64,000 nucleotides of DNA from an uncultured Candidatus Saccharibacteria bacterium (GTDB lineage: Bacteria > Patescibacteriota > Minisyncoccia > Phycocordibacterales > Phycocordibacteraceae), in NCBI GenBank assembly GCA_964391975.1, contig CAYMNZ010000001.1, positions 198,978 to 262,977 on the forward strand, in the 5' to 3' direction. The stretch's first letter is position 1. Each line of letters opens with the position of its first letter. Shown piece after piece: positions 1 to 9,791 of the stretch. Under the pieces are notes generated by a model. That model had not been told where the DNA came from, searched no databases, and saw only the letters and a program-made list of their open reading frames with translations. A program made the translations under genes and the position numbers.

Positions 1-801
1 AACCTGGTCACCAACCTTGAACATGGTACGAGGATCCTCGACGAGGCCCCAGTCGAGTTCACTGATGTGCACGAGGCCTTCGAGTCCAGCCTCGACTTTC
101 ACGAAGACGCCGAAGTCAACGGCACCCGTGACTTCGCCATCAACGACATCGCCCACCTGGTACTTGTCGACCAGAGAAGCCTTCTCCTGCTCCTCCTCAC
201 CAACACGCTCGGAGAAGATAAGTTTTGCCTCCTTCGGATCTGCGGTGATGATGCGCACCGCAAGCGTCTTGCCGGTGAGCTTCACGAGCTCACCAAAGAT
301 CTTCTCCTTGTCGCCTTCAGGAACGCGAGGGTAGTGATCCTTGTTCAACTGGGAAGCTGGAAGGAAGCCCTTGATACCCTGCCATGCAAGGATAAGACCA
401 CCCTTGTTTGCCTCTTCAACATCGAGGTTGTAGATGGTGCCTGCAGCAATGGCCTGCTCAGCCTCGCTCCAGATAGCAGCCTGACGAGCTTCCTTGAGCG
501 AGAGCTCGATGTAGCCGTCCTTACCAGCAGGGTCAACGACCTTAGCGGTGATGGTGTCGCCTGGGTTTGCCTTACGAAGCACATCGGCTGCGTTAAGGTA
601 CTCGCGGCCGTAAATCATTCCCGTTCCAAACGGAGGAAGATCAACGTAGAGGCGACCACGCACAAGTGCGATGATGGTGCCTTCGATAAGGTCCCCAACT
701 TTCGGTGGGGTAACAATCTGCTCTGCGAACTTGAACATTGGGTGTCCTGCTTCCACCGTGAGGGCGGGAACCGGGACTGCCGGCGCTTTTACTTCGGTCA
801 T
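1..801 (-). CDS. rpsA: 30S ribosomal protein S1 (partial, runs off window start)
   Basis: Manual translation from ATG at 801 (not in ORF track): MTEVKAP...PKVGDLIEGTII...NKGGL...GFLPASQL...YQVGDVVDGEVTGAVDFGVFV...LEGLVHISELDW, i.e. successive S1 domains. Confidence 0.93.
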   Translation of the reverse strand, partial: MTEVKAPAVPVPALTVEAGHPMFKFAEQIVTPPKVGDLIEGTIIALVRGRLYVDLPPFGTGMIYGREYLNAADVLRKANPGDTITAKVVDPAGKDGYIELSLKEARQAAIWSEAEQAIAAGTIYNLDVEEANKGGLILAWQGIKGFLPASQLNKDHYPRVPEGDKEKIFGELVKLTGKTLAVRIITADPKEAKLIFSERVGEEEQEKASLVDKYQVGDVVDGEVTGAVDFGVFVKVEAGLEGLVHISELDWGLVEDPRTMFKVGDQV

Positions 802-809
802 ATAAATAG

Positions 810-915
810 ACAAGCGGGCCATGCGCTCCGGGGTGTTAAGGAACCTTTCGGTTCGCTAAGGGTTAGTCCCAGGGCGGCTCACAGGCTTCACGCTCGCAAC
901 GGGAAAACACTACCA
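810..915 (-). promoter_or_regulatory. rpsA promoter (extended -10) and structured 5' leader
   Basis: Minus strand TGGTAGTGT (plus 907-915); leader has outer stem GCGAGCG/CGCUUGU, hairpin GAACC-GAAA-GGUUC (841-854) and CUAA-CCC-UUAG (856-866). Confidence 0.55.
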
Positions 916-961
916 TATATGTCTTTCACCGTGAAGGAGCCTAAGGTAGGATGAGAAGACT

Positions 962-1753
962 ATGCCTGAAGACATCTTTGGCGATCCGCCTCCTCCAAAG
1001 TTCGAAGCAAAAGAATTCCCGGAGCCCTGGTTTGACGCCATCTATGAGGCGAACGCACATTACCCCCAATCAAGCGGCGGCATCGGCCTCAAGTTCCTCA
1101 ACGCTCTTATGAATAGCGGTTGGACGGGTCAAGAGATTATGGCCATTGAGCGCACGAAGTGGAGCTTCACTTCCGACCAAGCCGACGTCATGGCGAAGGG
1201 TCTGCGCGGGATGCACGTGACCTATGGGGTGCCCTGGACTGACACCGACCAGACTGAGGAACACAAGAAGGCGCTCGCGAAGCGGCATGAAGGCTACGAG
1301 CCAGAGATAAAAGAGATTGATTCGGAACGTATGGACCGCTATGCGGAAACTTCAACCAAGATAGTGAACGAGGTCTTCACCCGCATGCGAGAAGCCCTCG
1401 GCAGAGTTATATCCAATCCGAAGGAGGTGTTCCCAATCGTGCGTACCTATACGAAGCATGCGGCGGAGACTATCAGTGGGGACGAGGAATTTCTCGCGCG
1501 TTCGCAGGAGTACAAGGATATCCATCGGGCCTTCTATCTGAGCTTCAAGCCGGGCGAGTTTACGCACGAAGAGATACGGAAGAAATTGAAAGAAGACCCG
1601 AAGATACAGGAGGCACGGGCCATACTCGCGACCACGCTCATCAAGAAGGCGGGTGAAGCCACCGCAATTGACCCGGCGCTTGCTCAGTACGATGTCGAGA
1701 AGCGTGCACAAATCATTTCGCGACTGACAACGGCGGTCATGCCGTTTCTCTAG
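962..1753 (+). CDS. hypothetical protein, paralogue of 2160..2966
   Basis: 263-aa ORF; TAGGAT -10-like element upstream; shares EFPxxWFxAI and MHxTY-like blocks with the neighbouring ORF. Confidence 0.75.
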   Translation: MPEDIFGDPPPPKFEAKEFPEPWFDAIYEANAHYPQSSGGIGLKFLNALMNSGWTGQEIMAIERTKWSFTSDQADVMAKGLRGMHVTYGVPWTDTDQTEEHKKALAKRHEGYEPEIKEIDSERMDRYAETSTKIVNEVFTRMREALGRVISNPKEVFPIVRTYTKHAAETISGDEEFLARSQEYKDIHRAFYLSFKPGEFTHEEIRKKLKEDPKIQEARAILATTLIKKAGEATAIDPALAQYDVEKRAQIISRLTTAVMPFL

Positions 1754-2076
1754 GCGCTACGGCTGGGGAACTTAGCCTTAAGTCGCGCGAGCGCAGCTCC
1801 GTGGTTCTTCAGGATAATCAATTTAGTGAGTGCGATGATTTCGGAGTTATTATTCCTCACTCCTCCTTTCCTAATTTGTGGCGGTTTGAGGTCGAACATG
1901 CTGCAGATGTGGGAGATATCCGATTTTGAAATCCCAGTAAGCTCGAACATCATCTGCTGTGAACAGGTTTTAGCCATAGAACGGAACAGCTTGATGTCGT
2001 CTTCATCAAGGCGAGACTTAAGACGCTCACGCACTTCAGCCGCTGCTTTCGTAAGGGGCTGTTGTTCCTTATACAT
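1750..2076 (-). CDS. small basic protein with possible helix-turn-helix
   Basis: 108 aa; TGCTATACT 6 nt upstream of ATG; SQQMMFELTGISKSDISHI resembles an HTH. Confidence 0.6.
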   Translation of the reverse strand: MYKEQQPLTKAAAEVRERLKSRLDEDDIKLFRSMAKTCSQQMMFELTGISKSDISHICSMFDLKPPQIRKGGVRNNNSEIIALTKLIILKNHGAALARLKAKFPSRSA

Positions 2077-2159
2077 ACGAGGAGTATAGCAAGGAGAAGT
2101 GTCTTCACAGGCACGTAGAGCCGTATCCCTAAAAGGAAGAAGGCGCTAGGATATTGGAT

Positions 2160-2966
2160 ATGGCTGAGAAGATAACAGACGCGCACGAAAGAAACGACGC
2201 GCCCCCTCCTCGCGAGTTTCCTGCGTCCTGGTTCAAGGCCATCAAAGACGGGAACGCATTCTTTCCTTTCTCGAGCACAGGAGTATCTACATTTTTCCTC
2301 GACGCGCTTTTCGCGGAACACAGCAGTTTTGAAGAAATTGAGAAAGTAACGGAAGCAAAATACGCGACCAGTGATAAGCAGCGTCAGGACTTCATGATTT
2401 CGATGCATGAATTCCATGCCACGTACGCTACTCCAATCGCAGGCGAAGGCAGGGCAGAGGAACTAGATGATGATATCTACGAGCGCACCGGGAAGAGTTC
2501 CCCTGTCGTGCCGGTAGAATTATCCAAGAAGGGATTCGAGCGATTTATGGATGGATTAGTGCTTTCGCCCAAGATCGTGCTTGATTACTTTCGTGAGCAG
2601 GTCGGGCATCTTGTCGGTTCTGAGCAAGAGCTCTATACGGTCGTCAAAGCGTATATAGGGCATGCAGCGCACGTCATCAAGCATGACAAGGAGGTGAGGA
2701 AAGCCATGAAAGCCTACATGGAGGAACATCGGGCCTTCTCACTTTCTCCGCACATAGTGGATCATGAACGTGATCTCGACGCAGGAATTAACAATGCACG
2801 CGGGGAGGTTACCAGAGCCGTAATGTCTGGAATCCACAGCGCGCTCTCCGAAGATCCAGTGTTCGCGAATCGTACTCTTGCGGAACGAGAGCAGCTTATA
2901 GAGACGCTGGGCCTGGCGTACGGCAAGGTGCATCGCCGACCTCTGACTCCGGGCATCCTCCTCTAG
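2160..2966 (+). CDS. hypothetical protein, paralogue of 962..1753
   Basis: ATG at 2160 preceded by TAGGAT; PPPREFPASWFKAI and MHEFHATYATPI blocks. Confidence 0.75.
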   Translation: MAEKITDAHERNDAPPPREFPASWFKAIKDGNAFFPFSSTGVSTFFLDALFAEHSSFEEIEKVTEAKYATSDKQRQDFMISMHEFHATYATPIAGEGRAEELDDDIYERTGKSSPVVPVELSKKGFERFMDGLVLSPKIVLDYFREQVGHLVGSEQELYTVVKAYIGHAAHVIKHDKEVRKAMKAYMEEHRAFSLSPHIVDHERDLDAGINNARGEVTRAVMSGIHSALSEDPVFANRTLAEREQLIETLGLAYGKVHRRPLTPGILL

Positions 2967-3023
2967 AGAATGCGTTTGTTCTGTGAGACAAAACGTCTCA
3001 AACGCGCTATAATATAAGGAAAT

Positions 3024-3665
3024 ATGGTCATCACCCACCACGGCGGGCAGTGCTTCAAGGTAACCTTTGGTGACCTCACACTTGTCTTCGACCCCATAAG
3101 TAAGGGCGGCACACTGCCGTCAGTTCGCTTCGGTGCAGACATTGCGCTCGTCTCCCGCCAGCACAAAGATATGAATGGTGTTGATGAAGTTACCTATGGA
3201 GATAAGGAGCCCTTCGCCATCATGGGCCCCGGTGAATATGAATATAAAGGAGTGACCGTGCAGGGCTTCCTTACAAAGAGTGAGTACGGACTCGGTAAGG
3301 GACAGGAGACTGCGATGAACACGGTGTATGCGGTAAAGCTCGAGGGCATGACCTTGGTCCATCTTGGTGCACTCTCCGAAGCCTCACTCCCACCAGAAGC
3401 GAAAGAGGGAATTGATGAGATTGATGTGCTCTTTATTCCAGTCGGAGGCGAGGGAGTACTTGATGCGGCTAAGGCCGCTAAGCTCTCAACCATGCTCGAG
3501 CCAAAGCTCATCATTCCTATGCACTGGAGCGGGATGGGTAAGCCCAAGGCGCTCGAGAGCTATCTTAAGGAGGAGGGAGGGGAGAGCCAGAAGACCGATA
3601 AGCTCACCCTCAAGAAGAAGGATGCGGTTGACAAAGACGGTGATATAATCGTAATAACGCCTTAA
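3024..3665 (+). CDS. MBL-fold metallo-hydrolase (Lactamase_B_3-like)
   Basis: ITHHGGQCFKV, VFDP, GPGEYE, DVLFIPVGG, IIPMHW; TATAAT at 3008-3013. Confidence 0.8.
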   Translation: MVITHHGGQCFKVTFGDLTLVFDPISKGGTLPSVRFGADIALVSRQHKDMNGVDEVTYGDKEPFAIMGPGEYEYKGVTVQGFLTKSEYGLGKGQETAMNTVYAVKLEGMTLVHLGALSEASLPPEAKEGIDEIDVLFIPVGGEGVLDAAKAAKLSTMLEPKLIIPMHWSGMGKPKALESYLKEEGGESQKTDKLTLKKKDAVDKDGDIIVITP

Positions 3666-3668
3666 CCT

Positions 3669-3998
3669 ATGAAAGACTACGTCGAACACCTTCGCGCTAA
3701 GCCTGAATCGGTCCGTCGCACCATAGCGTTCTCCGCTGCCGCTGCCATTGCTGCTGTCGTTGGTGCTGGCTGGATGATTGCACTCGTTTCTTCTGGCAAT
3801 CTTGCGATAGCACCTGTTTCCTCTACCGAGGAAGCTTCGGAAGCATTCGCTGAGACCCAGCAGCGCTTTGATGAGCTTGCTGGTGCCGCAAGCGCCTTCT
3901 ACTCCAGCCAAGGAGCTGCAGGTGTGACGGTCGTCGAGGACGAGGCCCCGGCACCCGCAGAGCCAGCTCCACAGGAAGCAAAGGTCCTGCATTTCTAA
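3669..3998 (+). CDS. hypothetical single-TM protein
   Basis: 109 aa with N-terminal hydrophobic helix; abuts gyrA. Confidence 0.65.
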   Translation: MKDYVEHLRAKPESVRRTIAFSAAAAIAAVVGAGWMIALVSSGNLAIAPVSSTEEASEAFAETQQRFDELAGAASAFYSSQGAAGVTVVEDEAPAPAEPAPQEAKVLHF

Positions 3999-6464
3999 AT
4001 GAAGCGGAAGGAGCAGGATGATGTCTCGCCGAGGACGGCGGCCCAGGTCATAGACCAGTCGATTACTGCAGAGATGCGGTCGAGTTACCTCGACTACGCG
4101 ATGTCGGTGATTACGTCGCGCGCGCTTCCCGATGTACGCGACGGCATGAAGCCGGTGCACCGCCGCATCCTCTACTCGATGCATGAGAACGGACTGCACG
4201 CTGGAGGGAAGACGAGGAAGTCGGCAACGGTGGTGGGAGACGTGATTGGCCGCTACCACCCGCACGGCGACACCGCTGTCTACGACGCGATGGTGAAGCT
4301 CGGTCAGGATTTCTCTACTCGCTATCCTTTAATCATTGGACAAGGAAACTTCGGTTCCATCGACGGTGACCCTCCTGCTGCCTATCGTTACACCGAAGCA
4401 AAGATGTCGAAGATTGGCGGCGAGATGCTCGCTGACCTCGACAAGGAGACCGTTGATTGGAATCCAAACTATGACGGAAGCCACAGAGAGCCCTCAGTTC
4501 TTCCAGCTGCAGCACCAGGACTTCTTCTAAACGGCACGCTCGGTATTGCCGTTGGTATGGCCACCAACATTCCTCCGCACAACCTGCGCGAAGTGGTAGG
4601 CGCAGCAATGCACCTCATTGATGAACCAGAAGCAACCACTGAGGACCTGTTGAAGTTTGTGCAGGGTCCTGACTTCCCACTCGGCGGCATTGCGTTTAAC
4701 CAGGCCGACATCAAGCACGCCTATTCTACCGGCAAGGGAGGTGTGGTGTGTCGCGGTGTTGCAGAGATAGTGGAGGAGAAGAAGGGAACCTCCATCATCA
4801 TTACCTCCATTCCATTCCGCGTGAACAAGGCGGACCTCATCACGCGCATGGCGGAGCTTGTGCGCGATAAGAAGCTCGAGGGCATCAAAGACCTTAGGGA
4901 CGAATCCGCTGAGGATATACGCGTCGTGGTGGAGCTTAAGGGTACCGCACACCCACAGGCAGTTTTGAATAATCTCTTCAAGCACACGGAGCTTGAGTCG
5001 ACCTTCCACTACAACATGCTGGCGCTTGTTGATGGCGTGCCCCAGACACTTTCTCTGAAGGGCATCCTTGAGCATTTCATTGAGCATCGCCGTGTCGTAG
5101 TGAAGCGCCGCACTGAGTTTGAACTCCGCAAAGCAGAAGAGCGCGAGCACATCTTGCTCGGTCTTTCCAAAGCGCTCGACCACATTGATGAGGTCATTGC
5201 CATCATCAAGAAGTCTAAGGACGTACCATCTGCTGACGAAGCGCTTCAGAAGAAGTTTGGTTTCTCTGAGCGACAGACCGCCGCGATTCTCGCTATGCGC
5301 CTTCAGACGCTCGCAGGACTTGAGCGCAAGAAGATTGATGACGAGCTCGCTGAAGTGCAGGAGACCATCAAGCGCCTCAAGAAGATTCTTTCCTCCGCCA
5401 AGAACATTCTTTCCGTGGTGCGTCAGGAGCTTGAGGCCGTTATCGAGAAGTATGGCGACGACCGCCGCACCAAGATTGTGAAGGGAGGCGTGAAGAACAT
5501 TTCGGTGGAAGACCTGGTGCCTGACGAGGAGAGCGTGCTCGTCATCACTCAGGGCGGCTACATAAAGCGCACCAACCCATCTGAATACAAGAAGCAGAAG
5601 CGCGGTGGCGTGGGTGTTGTTGATATGTCCACCAAGGAAGAGGATGTGGTGACGCAGTTCCTTGTAGCCTCCGCTCACTCCGAGCTTCTATTCTTCACCG
5701 ATTACGGAAAGGCGTACCAGACCAAGATGTATGACATCCCTGAAGGCCGCCGCGCCACCAAGGGAAAGAGCATTATGAACTTCCTCCCGCTTGCAGGAGA
5801 TGAGAAGGTAACCTCAGTACTTGCCGTTCCTAAGGGTGCTGCACGCGATGCACTCTCCGTATTCCTCATCACCGAAGGGGGTGTGGTGAAGAAGGTGGAA
5901 GCTAAGAACTTCGCTGACGTCAGGCGCTCGGGCATCATCGCTATCTCGCTTAAGGGCAAGGACCGCCTCGTCTCTGCGCACTTGGCTGAGAACGGCGACT
6001 CCATTTCTATAGTGACCTCGAAGGGTCAATCTATTCGCTTTGACGAAGCAGATGTGCGCGCGATGGGTCGCACGGCAGCAGGAGTGCGCGGTATGACGGT
6101 GAAGAAGGGAGACAGCGTGGTGTCCGCAGAAGTGGTGTCTGCAGCTGCAAAGAAGTCCACACTCCTCATCATCATGAGCAAGGGGTACGGCAAGAAGACC
6201 TCAATGGATGAGTACAAGGTGCAGGGACGCGGAGGCTCAGGCATCAAGACGGCGGAGGTAACCGCAAAGACCGGAGAGATTATTGGTGCCAAAGTGCTTA
6301 CTGGTGACGAAGAGCAGGATGAGGAGATTGTCGTTATTTCAAAGAAGGGTCAGGTGATTCGCTGTGCAGCTGGAGAGATTCCATCGCTTTCTCGCGCAAC
6401 GCAGGGCGTACGCATCATGAAAATGCGCGAAGGCGACTCCATCGCCTCAATGGTTGCGCTCTAA
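3999..6464 (+). CDS. gyrA: DNA gyrase subunit A
   Basis: [29 protein letters not shown] catalytic Tyr, GyrA box QKRGGVG, C-terminal pinwheel repeats. Confidence 0.98.
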   Translation: MKRKEQDDVSPRTAAQVIDQSITAEMRSSYLDYAMSVITSRALPDVRDGMKPVHRRILYSMHENGLHAGGKTRKSATVVGDVIGRYHPHGDTAVYDAMVKLGQDFSTRYPLIIGQGNFGSIDGDPPAAYRYTEAKMSKIGGEMLADLDKETVDWNPNYDGSHREPSVLPAAAPGLLLNGTLGIAVGMATNIPPHNLREVVGAAMHLIDEPEATTEDLLKFVQGPDFPLGGIAFNQADIKHAYSTGKGGVVCRGVAEIVEEKKGTSIIITSIPFRVNKADLITRMAELVRDKKLEGIKDLRDESAEDIRVVVELKGTAHPQAVLNNLFKHTELESTFHYNMLALVDGVPQTLSLKGILEHFIEHRRVVVKRRTEFELRKAEEREHILLGLSKALDHIDEVIAIIKKSKDVPSADEALQKKFGFSERQTAAILAMRLQTLAGLERKKIDDELAEVQETIKRLKKILSSAKNILSVVRQELEAVIEKYGDDRRTKIVKGGVKNISVEDLVPDEESVLVITQGGYIKRTNPSEYKKQKRGGVGVVDMSTKEEDVVTQFLVASAHSELLFFTDYGKAYQTKMYDIPEGRRATKGKSIMNFLPLAGDEKVTSVLAVPKGAARDALSVFLITEGGVVKKVEAKNFADVRRSGIIAISLKGKDRLVSAHLAENGDSISIVTSKGQSIRFDEADVRAMGRTAAGVRGMTVKKGDSVVSAEVVSAAAKKSTLLIIMSKGYGKKTSMDEYKVQGRGGSGIKTAEVTAKTGEIIGAKVLTGDEEQDEEIVVISKKGQVIRCAAGEIPSLSRATQGVRIMKMREGDSIASMVAL

Positions 6465-6481
6465 CGCTGCTGCTGTTGATT

Positions 6482-6513
6482 GCACGCGCCTCTTCTGGGG
6501 CGCGTGCTATTTT
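6482..6513 (+). terminator. hairpin after gyrA overlapping the next -10 element
   Basis: GCACGCGCC...GGCGCGTGC followed by TATTTT. Confidence 0.55.
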
Positions 6514-6519
6514 ATAGGT

Positions 6520-7053
6520 ATGCACTTTGCTGATCCGACCGCCAACATCCTCCAAATGGGGCTTCGTGAGGGAATGAAGATTGCCGACCTTGGCGCCGGC
6601 TCTGGCCACTACGCTCTTGCGGCTGCAAATATCGCAGGGAAGAGTGGTCGCGTGTATGCCGTCGATGTTCAGGAGGATGTGTTGAAGCACATCCGGGACA
6701 AGGCTACAGACCGCGGACTTGCCAACGTCGATACCGTCTGGGGCAACATCGAGAAGCCAGGAGGCACCAAGCTCAAGGATGCGTCCATTGATGCAGTTAT
6801 CCTTTCAAACACGCTCTTCCAGCTCGAGAGCAAGGAAGCGGTAGTGACCGAAATTAAGCGCATTCTCAAACCCGGTGGCAGGGTGCTCGTGGTTGATTGG
6901 GCAGGCGCGTACGGGGGACTCGGTCCACACCCAGACCACGTTGTCCCAGAGGAGGTCGCGCAAAAGATATTCATTGACGCTGGATTCCATAAGCAGAAGG
7001 CCTTCAGCGGCGGTCCGCACCATTACTCACTTCTCTTTACTACTGCGCCATGA
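6520..7053 (+). CDS. class I SAM-dependent methyltransferase
   Basis: ADLGAGSG, YAVDVQ, ILKPGG; start moved to ATG 6520 (TGCTATTTT 6 nt upstream). Confidence 0.88.
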   Translation: MHFADPTANILQMGLREGMKIADLGAGSGHYALAAANIAGKSGRVYAVDVQEDVLKHIRDKATDRGLANVDTVWGNIEKPGGTKLKDASIDAVILSNTLFQLESKEAVVTEIKRILKPGGRVLVVDWAGAYGGLGPHPDHVVPEEVAQKIFIDAGFHKQKAFSGGPHHYSLLFTTAP

Positions 7054-8339
7054 AGCCCTTCCAAACCATCGTCCTTGTTGCGTGCGGGTTCCTCGCGCTC
7101 TTAGGCCTCTTTCTCTTCGCTACCTTCAATGGCGGAGGTAATGGTGGTGTGCCAGTAGGGCCCGTGACCATCTGGGGACCGCTTCCTGCTGACGCAGTGT
7201 ACGAGGGCATTGAGAACTTGAAGGGCACCAACAAGGAATTCCAAGAAATTACCTACATTGAGAAAGACCCAGCAACACTTGAGTCGGATCTTGCTGAGGC
7301 GCTTGCGGGAGGCTACGGTCCTGATCTCGTTATCATTTCGCAGGAACAGATTCTCTCGCAGGCAGGGAAGTTGAGCATCATTCCGTTTGAAAGTGTTTCA
7401 GAACGCACCTTCGTCAGTACGTATCTTCCAATAACCGAGCTCTATCTCACGGACACGGGCTTCTATGGCTTCCCGATTACGGTTGACCCCTTGGTCGTGT
7501 ACTACAACCGCACGCTCCTCTCCAACGCAGGACTTCCACTCCCACCAAACCTGTGGGAAGTGGTGACGGCGCTCGCCGACCGACTAACGCAACTGCAGCC
7601 AGATCAGAGCATTGAGAAGAGCGCGATTGCACTTGGTGAGTACGGGAACGTCGCCAACGCACGAGCCATCGTCTCGCTCCTCCTTCTGCAATCCGGAAGC
7701 ACTATCACCACCAAGGAAGCTGGACGAGTACGTTCAACGCTCTCTGCTGGAACGTCAGCAAGTGGGAATGCGCCTGCAGTGTCGGCTATGAACTTCTACA
7801 CACAGTTTGCAAACCCGGTGAAAACCGTTTACTCCTGGAACCGCTCCCTCCCGAACTCGCGCCTTGCGTTTCTTTCAGGCGACCTCGCGCTCTACATTGG
7901 CTTTGCGTCCGAACGGAAGTACCTTGCCGCTGCCAACCCCAACCTCGACTTCGACATGGCACCGATTCCGCAGCCAGGCACTGCAGCGAACCCTAAGACC
8001 TACGGACTTGCCTATGCGTTTGCGATTCCGAAAGCAGCAGCAAACTTTGAGGGAGCGTTCCGCACCGCCGTTGCCCTTACCTTCCATGACCCACTCAAGA
8101 TTATCTCGGAGGGCTCCGGTATGGCGCCAGCCCAGAGGGTGATGTTGAACGACACGCCGGACCGCTTTACTGAGCTTTTCTATCCGCAGGCACTTATCGC
8201 GTCCGGCTGGCTCTCCCCAGCACCTCGGGTAACTGACACAATCTTCTCTGCTATGATTGAAAACATAACCACCGGCCGGAAGGACGTAGCAGAGTCCCTC
8301 TCGTCGGCGGAACTGACCCTGAACGCGGCACTGCCATGA
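7050..8339 (+). CDS. extracellular solute-binding protein (sugar-binding family-like), N-terminally anchored
   Basis: N-terminal TM, VTIWG, GPDL, YYNRTLL, AFLSGDLA; no permease or ATPase genes adjacent. Confidence 0.8.
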   Translation: MKPFQTIVLVACGFLALLGLFLFATFNGGGNGGVPVGPVTIWGPLPADAVYEGIENLKGTNKEFQEITYIEKDPATLESDLAEALAGGYGPDLVIISQEQILSQAGKLSIIPFESVSERTFVSTYLPITELYLTDTGFYGFPITVDPLVVYYNRTLLSNAGLPLPPNLWEVVTALADRLTQLQPDQSIEKSAIALGEYGNVANARAIVSLLLLQSGSTITTKEAGRVRSTLSAGTSASGNAPAVSAMNFYTQFANPVKTVYSWNRSLPNSRLAFLSGDLALYIGFASERKYLAAANPNLDFDMAPIPQPGTAANPKTYGLAYAFAIPKAAANFEGAFRTAVALTFHDPLKIISEGSGMAPAQRVMLNDTPDRFTELFYPQALIASGWLSPAPRVTDTIFSAMIENITTGRKDVAESLSSAELTLNAALP

Positions 8340-8968
8340 TTTCACGCCTCTCGTTCCTCATTCTCCTTTTTGCACTCTCGCTCGCGGTAGTACCGGTTTC
8401 AGCAGATGCGCTTGAGTGCGACGGACAGGTGTGTCTGCAGCCTGGCATGGTCTGTGCAGGACCTGAAGGCTCACAGTACTGTCAGTTGCCGGCAGCAGAA
8501 CCGACAGGTGTCTCTTGTGGTACTAAAACGTGTGATGGCGGGGAAATTTGCTGCAACGCACCTCAGTTCCCTAACGCGCCGTTCTGTTCAACGCAGTCCA
8601 CGTGTACTGCTATACAAAATCAGGCTACCCAGCCCAACACCACTCCTTCTCCCAGTACCGGAGACGTTACGGACAATAATAATAGTGAGGGAAGTAACAG
8701 CGGCGTCGCACTCATCAACCCGCTTAAGGTAGACACGGTCCCTGAGTTCCTCGCGCTCATCCTTGCAGCGGTCGTGAACCTCGGCACCATCATCCTCGTT
8801 CTCATGCTCGTGTATGTGGGCTTCCTCTTCGTGGTCGCGCAAGGAAACGAAGAGAAATTGCAGAACGCAAAATCCGCGCTTCTGTGGACGGTGGTGGGAG
8901 GTTTGGTGCTCCTTGGTGCCCAGGCCATCTCGCTTGTCATTCAGGCCACCGTAGGCAGCCTCCAGTAA
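8336..8968 (+). CDS. VirB2/TrbC-like pilin with N-terminal Cys-rich domain
   Basis: Signal peptide, 10-Cys domain, T/S/N linker, then LINPL...VYVGFLFVVAQGNEEKLQNAKSALLWTVVG two-helix pilin core. Confidence 0.75.
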   Translation: MISRLSFLILLFALSLAVVPVSADALECDGQVCLQPGMVCAGPEGSQYCQLPAAEPTGVSCGTKTCDGGEICCNAPQFPNAPFCSTQSTCTAIQNQATQPNTTPSPSTGDVTDNNNSEGSNSGVALINPLKVDTVPEFLALILAAVVNLGTIILVLMLVYVGFLFVVAQGNEEKLQNAKSALLWTVVGGLVLLGAQAISLVIQATVGSLQ

Positions 8969-8971
8969 GCC

Positions 8972-9217
8972 ATGACCTTCGCCGACCTCGTCAACCAGCA
9001 CTTCGTTCCCTTCGTCGACTACGCGATTATCCCGCTTCTCTACGCGCTCGCGTTCATCTTCTTTCTTATCGGTATCGTACGTCTGTTGTTCTCGCTTGAG
9101 GAAGAGAAGCGCAACGAAGGCAAGAAGTTCGTGCTCTGGGGCCTTCTTGGCATGGTGGTGCTGTTTGCCGTCTGGGGCATTGTAAAGATGCTTCTCGGGG
9201 TCTTAACCGGTGCGTGA
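8972..9217 (+). CDS. VirB2/TrbC-like pilin
   Basis: FFLIGIVRLL...EEEKRNEGKKFVLWGLLG...VWGIV. Confidence 0.75.
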   Translation: MTFADLVNQHFVPFVDYAIIPLLYALAFIFFLIGIVRLLFSLEEEKRNEGKKFVLWGLLGMVVLFAVWGIVKMLLGVLTGA

Positions 9218-9230
9218 TACCATAATTCCT

Positions 9231-9707
9231 ATGCAGCAACTTTCACTCTTCTTCATCAACATCGTCAAGATTATCGATGTGGTAATCGTGCCGGTCATCT
9301 TTTCGGTGGCCTTTGTGGTGTTCCTTTGGGGAGTATTCCGCTACTTCATCGCAGGGGCAGGCGACGAGGAGAAGCGCAAGGAAGGTCGCACGTTCATCAC
9401 CTGGGGCATCATTGGTTTCTTCCTTATGTTTGCCGTCTGGGGCATCGTGAACCTGCTCATCAACTCGCTTGGCTTTGATACAAAGACGCGCCCAATGCTC
9501 CCGCTCTTTGGTAGCGGAGGAGGGGCAGCGGGGGAACAGTATGCACAGGGTTACGCCGTCCAGAGTCAGGGTACGATCGGAGCAGGGATACCTCCAATCG
9601 GTGCAACCGCAGGAAGCTGTGGCGTCATGGGAGTCAGTGCGCTTGGCTTGTGCCCGCAGTACTTTGACTGCGTTAATAACGTCTGTACGAACCGAGACGG
9701 GGATTAG
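9231..9707 (+). CDS. VirB2/TrbC-like pilin with C-terminal Gly/Cys-rich tail
   Basis: FLWGVFRYFIAGAGDEEKRKEGRTFITWGIIG...VWGIV; 4-Cys tail; TGATACCAT 7 nt before ATG 9231. Confidence 0.75.
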   Translation: MQQLSLFFINIVKIIDVVIVPVIFSVAFVVFLWGVFRYFIAGAGDEEKRKEGRTFITWGIIGFFLMFAVWGIVNLLINSLGFDTKTRPMLPLFGSGGGAAGEQYAQGYAVQSQGTIGAGIPPIGATAGSCGVMGVSALGLCPQYFDCVNNVCTNRDGD

Positions 9708-9791
9708 TGTGTTTTCCACACAGCGCACTGACCTCTATTGACTCGTAGGTAAGGCGCCGTATCCTATACAAGTACTCACTACCCATATCTC

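Noticed and set aside
67-954. 295-aa plus-strand ORF
   Set aside because: Antisense shadow of rpsA, which is clearly encoded on the minus strand but missing from the ORF track because it runs off the window.
4527-5678. 383-aa minus-strand ORF and similar long antisense ORFs in clpB, topA, serS and the VirD4-like gene
   Set aside because: Fully antisense to conserved genes and without recognisable motifs; expected from codon bias.
9712-9720. DnaA-box-like TTTTCCACA (other near matches around 25950 and 56750)
   Set aside because: Isolated imperfect matches with no cluster, AT-rich unwinding element or dnaA gene, so no oriC call.
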